Of a stretch of 64,000 nt of DNA, positions 20,445 through 28,796 are shown one piece after another. The DNA comes from Bacteroidota bacterium (GTDB lineage: Bacteria; Bacteroidota; Bacteroidia; Cytophagales; UBA9547). Each line of letters begins with the position of its first letter. Position 1 is the first letter of the stretch. A program made the position numbers and the translations under genes. The notes beneath the pieces were generated by a model. That model made no database searches and had not been told where the DNA came from. It saw nothing but the letters and a program-made list of their open reading frames with translations. Location: NCBI GenBank assembly GCA_004293915.1, contig RDZG01000069.1, positions 2,626-66,625 on the forward strand, written 5' to 3'.

Positions 20445-21290
20445 ATGAGCAATATAATCGAAGATTTGAAAAATTCATTTAACCGTACAGGCAACGGTTC
20501 TGGCAACGAAGTTATATATGCTCAAATCACATCATTTCTTTTTTTGCCCGCTTCGTTTCAAGAATTTATTTACAAACCTTGGACTATTTTAACTTATGCT
20601 ATTTCGCACGAAGGTTTTTTTCATATTCTTTTTAATATGATTTTTATGTATTGGTTTGGGATGATTATTACTGAATTTATAGGTTCAAAACGATTTATTA
20701 GTTTATATATTTTAGGTGCTTTAGCTGGAGGAGTTACATTTTTACTAATGTTTAACACAATTCCTTTTTTTATGAATATGCCAAATGTTCCACTTTTAGG
20801 TGCTTCTGGTGGGGTATATGCAGTAGTTGTAGGTGCTGCCGTTTTATTGCCTGATTATACATTTTATTTGCTTTTTCTTGGACCTGTTCGTATAAAATAC
20901 ATAGCTGCTTTTTATGTTTTTCTATCTTTTGCCGAAAGTATTGGACAAAATGCTGGTGGCAATTTAGCTCATTTGGGAGGTGCTTTAATGGGTTTTGTAT
21001 TTATTTGGCAATTGCGAAAAGGCAACGATTTAGGGAAACCTTTTTCGTGGATGGCAACTGGAGTTGCAAACTTGTTTAAACCCAGTTCAAAAATTAAAAT
21101 TACGTATCGCAATCCAAATCCAAAATCAAGTTCGGTAACAAATAATTCATACTCAAATTCGTCTGACAAAGAAATTTCGCAAGACGAACTTGATGCTATT
21201 TTAGATAAAATTTCTAAATACGGCTACGAAAAACTAACCAAAGAAGAAAAACAAAAACTTTTTAAAGCCAGCCAAAGTGCTGATATATAG
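20445..21290 (+). CDS. Rhomboid-family intramembrane protease with C-terminal soluble domain; first TM helix appears to be missing
   Basis: KPWT, HILFNM, GASGG, NLAHLGG, ELDAILDKISKYGYEKLTKEEK. Confidence 0.88.
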   Translation: MSNIIEDLKNSFNRTGNGSGNEVIYAQITSFLFLPASFQEFIYKPWTILTYAISHEGFFHILFNMIFMYWFGMIITEFIGSKRFISLYILGALAGGVTFLLMFNTIPFFMNMPNVPLLGASGGVYAVVVGAAVLLPDYTFYLLFLGPVRIKYIAAFYVFLSFAESIGQNAGGNLAHLGGALMGFVFIWQLRKGNDLGKPFSWMATGVANLFKPSSKIKITYRNPNPKSSSVTNNSYSNSSDKEISQDELDAILDKISKYGYEKLTKEEKQKLFKASQSADI

Positions 21291-21364
21291 AATAATAAAA
21301 ATACTTTTTTATTTTCTCAAACCTTTGGCAATCAGCATTTTACGTATTTTATTTACAAAAAAAT
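21244..21364 (+). repeat. ~120-bp direct repeat, copy 1
   Basis: 21244-21293 identical to 21923-21972; 21297-21340 identical to 21975-22018; a further ~24 nt with mismatches. Confidence 0.95.
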
Positions 21365-21396
21365 GTATCCATCTTTGAAATATATTTGTAATTAAA

Positions 21397-21825
21397 ATGA
21401 TTGAAAAAATAAAAGCATTAGTCGAATTTGCTAAAAACAGCAAAAACGCTATAAATTCAAAATTACAAATTAGCATAATTGAACAAAAAGAAGCAGAATT
21501 TTTAGAATTAAAAACTGGAATTAAATTGTTGGGTTATAAAAGAGTTATTGATAAATTTGGTATTAATCATACATTAAAAAATCATGGAAATGCTAAAACC
21601 GAGGCTTTACGCGGTCAAATAGCAATAACTGATATCGATTTTGAACTTATTCCATTAATAGTGCTTTCTAAAAATGTTATTCATACAAGTAAAAATAATA
21701 TGGGAAATGATTTGATACTTTATGAAGCTATAATTGAAAATACATTTTATTATGTGGAGGAAGTAAGAAAAGGAAAAAAAGAATTATGTATGACTACAAT
21801 GTACAAAAGAAAACCAACCATTTAA
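21397..21825 (+). CDS. Putative BECR/PBECR-like ribonuclease-fold protein
   Basis: HTLKNHG..E..RGQIAIT..DF..IP and YYVEEVR.G...L...TMY pattern recalled from phage polyvalent-protein nuclease domains. Confidence 0.55.
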   Translation: MIEKIKALVEFAKNSKNAINSKLQISIIEQKEAEFLELKTGIKLLGYKRVIDKFGINHTLKNHGNAKTEALRGQIAITDIDFELIPLIVLSKNVIHTSKNNMGNDLILYEAIIENTFYYVEEVRKGKKELCMTTMYKRKPTI

Positions 21826-21922
21826 TTAAAATAGTTGGTTTAAAATCAACGAGTTATGCTCAATTTCACCTACTCCTTACGTCCAAAACGTATTTTGATT
21901 ACACAAATATACAATATCTTAT

Positions 21923-22043
21923 AAGAAAAACAAAAACTTTTTAAAGCCAGCCAAAGTGCTGATATATAGAATTGAAAAATACTTTTTTATTTTCTCAAAC
22001 CTTTGGCAATCAGCATTTCACGTATTTTGTTCACTAAAAAAAT
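21923..22043 (+). repeat. ~120-bp direct repeat, copy 2
   Basis: Matches copy 1; overlaps the 3' end of the MTHFR-like gene. Confidence 0.95.
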
Positions 22044-22919
22044 TGAAGCTTCAATTTCTTCTTTTCTTATAGCTACCGATTCGATATTAAACCCAAAAGG
22101 GATTGATTTTGAATGGCAATAATTAATTAATTCATCGGCTATTTCGATACAAATATCCAGCGATTGAGCCAAAATATTTTCTGATTGTAGTAGTTTTTGC
22201 TTTTGTGTTTCAGGGATATGTATGCCCAACCATTCCATAAATTCCAATGTTTTTGCCGAACCACATGCAGTAAGTGTAAAAATTAGCGTAGGAATTTCTC
22301 TGTTTTTAGTTGTACACGTTTTTTGTAAATCTTCTAATACTTTTTTTGCATAATCGACATTGAAAATACATTGAGATATGAAATAACTCACACCAGAATT
22401 CATTTTATCTAAAATTCGCACATCTTCGTCTTTCAAAACTGCATGGCGTTCGGGAATCATAACTGCACCAATGGCAGTTGTGTTTTTGTGTTTGCTCCAA
22501 AGTGCATAAGCCTCTGGCAATGTGGTTTTTACCTTAAAATCAGGCGAAGGCAGACCAACAAAAACAGGATGAAAATTATTTTTTTCTATTTTTTCGAGCC
22601 ATTCGGTAAGTTCTTCTTTCGAGAATTTTCCGGCAGGTCTGTATATTATTTTTTCTAATTTTAGTGGGTTTAAATGAGAGCTGGCAAAATCCAAAGGATC
22701 GAGCGCACTCATAAACGGGAAAGGTCTTTCTTCGCTTGTTCGTGCCGATTCGTCTTGCACATCGTACACAACCAAGGCATCTAAATCTAAATTATATAAT
22801 CTTGTTAGGGTTTTTTCGGCAATTTCAACTACTTTTTCGGGCAATGTTTGCGATTTTGGAGGAGTAATACCATAAATCAATATACCAGACTCTCTTTGTT
22901 TTATTTTAGATAAGAACAT
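21987..22919 (-). CDS. Methylenetetrahydrofolate reductase-like protein
   Basis: YGITPPK, YDVQDES.R...RPFPF, IPERH, FISQ, TLEFMEWLGI, FNIESVAIRKEEI. Confidence 0.75.
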   Translation of the reverse strand: MFLSKIKQRESGILIYGITPPKSQTLPEKVVEIAEKTLTRLYNLDLDALVVYDVQDESARTSEERPFPFMSALDPLDFASSHLNPLKLEKIIYRPAGKFSKEELTEWLEKIEKNNFHPVFVGLPSPDFKVKTTLPEAYALWSKHKNTTAIGAVMIPERHAVLKDEDVRILDKMNSGVSYFISQCIFNVDYAKKVLEDLQKTCTTKNREIPTLIFTLTACGSAKTLEFMEWLGIHIPETQKQKLLQSENILAQSLDICIEIADELINYCHSKSIPFGFNIESVAIRKEEIEASIFLVNKIREMLIAKGLRK

Positions 22920-23072
22920 TTTTATACTATTGTTTCAAAAGCACAAAGCTAATAAATAAATGTATTTTTTAGATATTGTTTGGTATAAATTGCTGTTGAT
23001 TTTTAATAATTACGCAAAAAAACATTTTTGGCATTTGTTTTTTGTATTTTTGCATTCCAAAAATCAATAGCT

Positions 23073-24389
23073 GTGACTTTCGAATCATTAAAGTTTAATA
23101 AAAATCTACTCAAATCGCTTTCCGAAAATGGATTTGAAGAGCCAAACGAACTCCAATTAAAAACGGTTTCACGTGTTTTTAGTGGTCAAGATATGTTTGT
23201 GATTAGTCCAGAAGGTTCGGGCAAAACAACTACCATTGTTTTGACCATGTTGGCAAGTTTGGGCTATGGCAAAGAAGAACCGCCTAGAGCCTTGATTTTG
23301 GTCGATACCAAAGAAAAAGTTTTGGAATTGGTCGAAAAATTTGAGAAAATTGGACGCTATTCTGGCTTAAAAATTGCAGGTTTGATTTCGGGTGCATCGC
23401 TCGAAAACCAAAAAGATATGCTTTCGCAAGGTGCTGATATTATTGTCGGAACTCCAGATCGTATCCACACTTTGTATTGGAAAACAGGTATTAATGTAAA
23501 TAAACTTAAATATTTTATTGTAGATGATTTAGATTTAATCATCAAATTGGGTTTGCAAAGTCCTGTTCGATTGATGTCGGAAAGTGTGCCAAAATGCCAA
23601 AGATTGGTTTTTTCGGAAATCAAGCACGAAAAAATCGAATTGGTATTGAAAAATCCGTTGCATATCGAAATAGAAGCGGTTATTGAGCCTCAATTAGACA
23701 CCATCGATTTGGGAGTTTATAATGTTCCAAATTTTAAAACAAAATTAAATTTATTAAATAGATTATTAAGAGACGAAGTAATTTACCATCAAGCAGTTGT
23801 GTTTGTAAATACTGCGTTTTCAGCCGAAAATATACAGCATAATTTAGAACACATTTTTCCAAATCAAACTTATATTGTGCCAAGTATTCAATCTACAATT
23901 AATTGTGAAAACGAGTTTTTTGCTGATGAAAATATTCGTGTCCTAATTATTGCAAATGAATTTAAACAAACTGTTGATTTAAAAGAAGTTGAGCATATTT
24001 TTCATATCGATTTGCCATCTGATAACGATGTTTTTATTGAAAGAATCAAACCCATTGCTGAAAACAAAACAGTTGCCTTATCAAAAGTATTTGCTACGGA
24101 TATTGAGCTAACACAAGTGAGGTCAATAGAAAAAATAATTGGTAAATTTATGGCTAAGTTGCCTTTGCCTTTTGATTTGGTAATAGACGAAACCAAAACC
24201 AAAGGAATATATAAAGTGGAAAATACAGAAGATGGCGATGGCAGCAGCATCCATTCTAAAAGCAAAGACCCAAATGTTGGTGCTTTCCATGCAAAAAAAG
24301 AAGAAAACAGCAAAGATTACAACTGGGGTTGGAAAGAAAAAAACAAAATTTTTGGCAAAAAATATACTGATAAAAAGAACAGAATTTAG
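23073..24389 (+). CDS. Degenerate DEAD-box helicase-like protein (probable GTG start at 23073)
   Basis: Q-motif GFEEPNELQ, SPEGSGKT, VGTPDR; motif II reads DDLD; no SAT or HRIGR. Confidence 0.8.
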   Translation: MTFESLKFNKNLLKSLSENGFEEPNELQLKTVSRVFSGQDMFVISPEGSGKTTTIVLTMLASLGYGKEEPPRALILVDTKEKVLELVEKFEKIGRYSGLKIAGLISGASLENQKDMLSQGADIIVGTPDRIHTLYWKTGINVNKLKYFIVDDLDLIIKLGLQSPVRLMSESVPKCQRLVFSEIKHEKIELVLKNPLHIEIEAVIEPQLDTIDLGVYNVPNFKTKLNLLNRLLRDEVIYHQAVVFVNTAFSAENIQHNLEHIFPNQTYIVPSIQSTINCENEFFADENIRVLIIANEFKQTVDLKEVEHIFHIDLPSDNDVFIERIKPIAENKTVALSKVFATDIELTQVRSIEKIIGKFMAKLPLPFDLVIDETKTKGIYKVENTEDGDGSSIHSKSKDPNVGAFHAKKEENSKDYNWGWKEKNKIFGKKYTDKKNRI

Positions 24390-24437
24390 TGTTTTAAAAT
24401 AACCATTTATACAAATTTTAATTCAATTAATTATTTT

Positions 24438-24481
24438 GCCACGAATTCACTAAGTTTTAGTTTTTTTCATGCATTCGTGGC
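24438..24481. repeat. 44-bp REP-like palindromic element, copy 1
   Basis: GCCACGAAT-N26-ATTCGTGGC between convergent genes; homologous to 42699-42742 in opposite orientation. Confidence 0.7.
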
Positions 24482-24586
24482 TAAAATATTATTTTGAATA
24501 ATTTCTATCTTCAAAATACTATTCTTTTTACACTTTGGTTATCAAATTTTGTTGTAATTTATTACATTGTTAAGATTATTTAAAAC

Positions 24587-25739
24587 TTATTCTACATGTA
24601 ACAAAAAGCCTTTTAAATATTCGCTTTCGGGGTGGAAAATATTGATAGGATGGTCATACGGTTGTCCTAAATGTTGCAAAATGCGAACATTTCGTTTGGC
24701 ATCAGCGGCAGCACTGAAAACTACTTTTTGAAACAAATCTCTCGAAATATTTTGAGAACACGAATAAGTCATCACTAAACCATTGGCTTTCACAGCTTTA
24801 AATCCAGAAATATTCAATTCTTTATAACCTCTACACGCATTTGGAACCGACTTAGCATTTTTTGCAAAAGCGGGTGGGTCTAAAATTACAATGTCATATT
24901 TTTGTTCGTTTTTTTTCAGAAAATCAAAGCAATCTTCGGCTATCGAAGTGTGTTTGCTCTTAAATCCATTGAATAAAACGGTTTCATCGCACATTCTGAT
25001 GGCATCTTTTGATACATCAACAGAATCTGTAAATGCTAAAACCGCCTGTGTAACAAAACGTATTTAAGACCGACTTGCCTTTACTTATCGATTTTAACAA
25101 AGCACGATTATCTCTTTGGTCGATAAAAAAGCCTGTTTTTTGACCTTTTTCTATATCAATTTTAAATTTAACACCATTTTCTATTACTTCTATTTCGGTT
25201 TTGCCTGTTTTTCCAAACCAGCCTGATGGCAACGAAATATTTTCTATTTCTTGCGAACTAATTTTGGTTTTGATGTACAAATATTCAATGCCAAGTTTTT
25301 GCAAACAAGCTGCAAAAATCTCAACTAAATTTTCGGTGCCTTTTGTAAGCACTTGCATCACAGCTACATCTGCATATACATCAACAATAATGCCAGGCAA
25401 AAAATCTCCTTCGGCATGTATAAGCCTGTAACAATTTGTGGTGCTTTTGTCAATAAAATTGGTGCGAAGTTTATACGCATTTTCAAACTTTTTGTACCAA
25501 TAATCAATTGATTTAAAGTCGATTACGATTTTTGAAAAATCAAATAAACGACATACGATTTGGCTATTTGCCGAATAAAATCCAGCTCCCAAAACAGTAC
25601 CTTTGTTATCAATTACTTCTATAATCTCTCCGTTTTTGGCTTTTGGAAAAGTTTTTACTCCACCCGAAAAAATCCAAGGATGAAAATTTAATACTGGTTT
25701 TTCTCTTCCTGATTTTAGTTCTAATTTTTGATATTCCAT
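24587..25739 (-). pseudogene. rlmI: RlmI-like 23S rRNA m5C methyltransferase (PUA plus SAM domain), frameshifted near 25028
   Basis: HPWIFSG, RLIHAEGDFLPG, GQKTGFFIDQRDNR, VLNTFCYTGGFSIY in one frame; DSVDVSKDAI..ILDPPAFAK..YSCS..YLKG in the next frame. Confidence 0.85.
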
Positions 25740-25781
25740 GATGCAAATTACAGACATTTCTGACTATTTTATCATTATATT

Positions 25782-25816
25782 AAAAAAGCCTCAACTATTG
25801 CTAGTTAAGGCTTTTT
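25782..25816 (-). terminator. Intrinsic terminator after metK
   Basis: AAAAAAGCCT-C-AACTA-TTGC-TAGTT-A-AGGCTTTTT. Confidence 0.8.
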
Positions 25817-25835
25817 ATAATTATAAATTTAATAT

Positions 25836-27155
25836 TTAAGCTATTGAAAACGCTTTTTTAATTTCAACTTGGTGATCAAGTTTTTCCCAAGCAAAGAAAT
25901 CTACTTTTTTCTTAGCAGCAGTTCTTATTTCGGTTACTTTTCCTTTATCTTCTGATTTAGAAACATAAAAAGTATCTACTTCTTTCGAGTATGGCACACG
26001 ACCAACGTGTCCATAAGCAGCAGTTTCTGAGAAAATTGGGTTTTTAAGTCCGAACCTATCAATGATAGATTTTGGTTTTAATTTTTCTTTGAAAAGTTTT
26101 TCTACGATGGTTGTTATTTCGCCATCTTTTAATTTTACTTTTCCAGTACCATACGTATTCACGTTAATAGAAACTGGTTCTGCAACTCCAATTGCATAAG
26201 AAACTTGCACCAATGCTTTTTCTGAAACGCCAGCAGCAACTAAGTTTTTAGCAATATGACGAGCAGCATAAGCCGCACTTCTATCTACTTTTGAAGGATC
26301 TTTTCCTGAAAATGCGCCTCCACCATGAGCACCAGCTCCGCCATAAGTATCTACAATGATTTTACGACCAGTCAAACCTGTGTCGCCATGCGGTCCGCCA
26401 ATGATAAATTTGCCTGTAGGGTTAATAAAGTATTTGATTTGAGCATTAAACATACGTTGAACACGAATTGGTAATTGTTTTTTTACCAATGGTATCAATA
26501 TATTTTTAACATCTTTTTCGATTTGTTCTTGCATAGCTTTTTCAGCTTTTGCATCGCCACCTTTCACAAACTCATCGTGTTGAGTAGAAACTACAATGGC
26601 ATCTATTCTTTTAGGACGACCTTTGTCATCGTACTCCATCGTTACTTGCGATTTTGCATCAGGACGAAGGTATTTCATTGTTTTACCTTCTCTGCGAATA
26701 TCTTGTAAAATTTTCACTAATAAATGTGAAATTTCAAGTGTCAATGGCATAAAGTTATCTGATTCGTTGGTTGCATAACCAAACATCATACCTTGGTCGC
26801 CAGCACCTTGTTCTTTAAACAAACCTTCGCCTTCGGTTACACCTTGCGAAATGTCTGGTGATTGAGCATGTAAAGCATTTATAACTCCACAAGAAAGATA
26901 ATCAAATTGATATTCAGATTTTGTATATCCAATTTTTTTGATGGCAGCACGAACTACTTCTTGCACATCAACATAGGCATTTGTAGTGATTTCACCTGCA
27001 ACAACAGCCAATCCTGTAGTTACTAAAGTTTCGCATGCAACACGCGATTGAGGATCTTGAGCCAACATGGCATCAAGAATGGCATCGGAAATTTGGTCAG
27101 ATACTTTGTCCGGATGGCCTTCAGAAACAGATTCTGATGTAAATAAATAAGGCAT
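25836..27155 (-). CDS. metK: S-adenosylmethionine synthetase
   Basis: [52 protein letters not shown]. Confidence 0.99.
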   Translation of the reverse strand: MPYLFTSESVSEGHPDKVSDQISDAILDAMLAQDPQSRVACETLVTTGLAVVAGEITTNAYVDVQEVVRAAIKKIGYTKSEYQFDYLSCGVINALHAQSPDISQGVTEGEGLFKEQGAGDQGMMFGYATNESDNFMPLTLEISHLLVKILQDIRREGKTMKYLRPDAKSQVTMEYDDKGRPKRIDAIVVSTQHDEFVKGGDAKAEKAMQEQIEKDVKNILIPLVKKQLPIRVQRMFNAQIKYFINPTGKFIIGGPHGDTGLTGRKIIVDTYGGAGAHGGGAFSGKDPSKVDRSAAYAARHIAKNLVAAGVSEKALVQVSYAIGVAEPVSINVNTYGTGKVKLKDGEITTIVEKLFKEKLKPKSIIDRFGLKNPIFSETAAYGHVGRVPYSKEVDTFYVSKSEDKGKVTEIRTAAKKKVDFFAWEKLDHQVEIKKAFSIA

Positions 27156-27309
27156 TTGTTATGAAATTTGATTTATAATGGATAAAAGATTGATTTCTTG
27201 TGGCAAAATTAGATGAATATTGATATAAAACAGTATTTGAATCAATAATTTTTTCAACCAACAAAATTTGTAATTAAAATACAATCTTATCTAATTAACA
27301 TTTTGATTA

Positions 27310-27816
27310 TTATTCTGTTTTTTCAAAACCATCAACTTGCTTTTTTGCGTTTTTATAAGCTGCATCTAATAAAATCCGTTCTAAAAACCCTTCTAATGGT
27401 TTCAACCCAAGTGCAATTGCACCTTTTGCACCTAAACTAAACCAAACATTACCTCCAGAATAATTATCAATTAATTTTTCTATAAATATTTCTTCTAATA
27501 AAAAAAGTATAACTGCCAACGCCAAAATGATAGTTGCTGCTTTTCTTCCTGCTTTTGCTTTCGTTAGTGCATCTAATGTTTCTTGAAGTTCTTTATTTTT
27601 GTTATCAAGTGCTGAATTGGTTTTATCAAGCTTATTCTGCAATTTATCACTAACTTTTGTGATAAGCTTTAATTCGCCAATAGTTTCTTCAAAATTATCA
27701 ACTAATCGGTTGTATTCTGCTTTGATTTTTTGTTGATCAACAGATTCAGTTTCTAAAAACGCCTTTGCTCTACCTAGTTCTTCTGCTTGCCTTTCGTATA
27801 AGTTATTGCTAGCCAT
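27310..27816 (-). CDS. Coiled-coil plus two-TM protein resembling the SiaD N-terminal stalk, no GGDEF domain
   Basis: ELKLITKVSDKLQNKL coiled coil; hydrophobic segments IILALAVILFLL and VWFSLGAKGAIALGL; 8-nt overlap with the upstream gene. Confidence 0.55.
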   Translation of the reverse strand: MASNNLYERQAEELGRAKAFLETESVDQQKIKAEYNRLVDNFEETIGELKLITKVSDKLQNKLDKTNSALDNKNKELQETLDALTKAKAGRKAATIILALAVILFLLEEIFIEKLIDNYSGGNVWFSLGAKGAIALGLKPLEGFLERILLDAAYKNAKKQVDGFEKTE

Positions 27817-28777
27817 TGATTACACGAATATTAAATGGAATGCCTAGTACATCTTGATAATCTTCGCCTGTTTCTTTCATATCTTCATCATCTTCTTCGT
27901 ACCACCAATTAAATTCTACAGCATTTCCAGCTTTGTGTATGGCAGAAAGTTTTTTCATTACATCTAATAAGCATTTAGAAGAGCTTGTATTAAAATATTC
28001 TAATTGAACATGAAACACAGTTTTTGGTTTTGGACTAACACTATATTTTTCTAACCAATCTACAATTGGCTTATAGTATTCTACAGGATTTTCGGGAGTA
28101 GAGCGACCTTTAAATTCTAGTATTCCTGTTTCTGAATCGAATTTTACTAGAGGTGTTTGTTTTGTTGCTTCAAGCCTTAATGATTCCATACTATGGTTTA
28201 AATTTGAATGTACTTCTGTAATATTTGATGTATTTTTTGATTCTTCGCTTTTCCAAACGACTACTTTGAGTGTAAAGAACGATATTTCTTCTTTATAAGC
28301 ATAAAATTTGTAGAAGATTTTTTCTCCTGATTTTCTTGCTATATCTATAAATCCCAGACCCGCAGTACCTTTATCTGAAAACTCATTATTATCTAAAGTT
28401 GTTTTATATATTGCTTTAAGTTCTTCTTTTGAGGCGGCATTTACCATCTCAATTTTATCTTTTATCTTGTCTATTTTATCATTATAGATATAATTCCCTG
28501 TTACGATTACATAATGATCAGGATATGATTCTATACATGCCAAAGCGGTGTGGTTAAATGGATTAGATTCGTTGTCTAAATGATGTCCTAAGTTTTGCAA
28601 ACATTCAACAGCTACATTATAGACTTTTTTCCTGACTTTAGTATCAGGTTCGATTTCTAATCTATCTTCGAGCATTTTGAGCAAATTATTGACTTGTTCA
28701 AAATTGACTTCTCCTTTAAAAGACAACATTAAGTTGTTGTCTGTCATTTCTTCGTATAAACTATAATAGTTTTTCAT
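27809..28777 (-). CDS. Fusion of a SiaB-family kinase and a SiaC-family (DUF1987) phosphoprotein
   Basis: SiaB: KKVYNVAVECLQNLGHH, GTAGLGFIDIARKSG; SiaC from M197: TPLVKFD, GRSTPEN, LEYFNTSSSK, WWYEEDDEDMKETGEDY. Confidence 0.8.
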   Translation of the reverse strand: MKNYYSLYEEMTDNNLMLSFKGEVNFEQVNNLLKMLEDRLEIEPDTKVRKKVYNVAVECLQNLGHHLDNESNPFNHTALACIESYPDHYVIVTGNYIYNDKIDKIKDKIEMVNAASKEELKAIYKTTLDNNEFSDKGTAGLGFIDIARKSGEKIFYKFYAYKEEISFFTLKVVVWKSEESKNTSNITEVHSNLNHSMESLRLEATKQTPLVKFDSETGILEFKGRSTPENPVEYYKPIVDWLEKYSVSPKPKTVFHVQLEYFNTSSSKCLLDVMKKLSAIHKAGNAVEFNWWYEEDDEDMKETGEDYQDVLGIPFNIRVING

Positions 28778-28796
28778 TCTAAGTTAAATTTGTGTT

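Noticed and set aside
25900-25990. Extra segment near the MetK C-terminus
   Set aside because: Short variable insertion of a kind usual in Bacteroidota MetK; no intein or intron features
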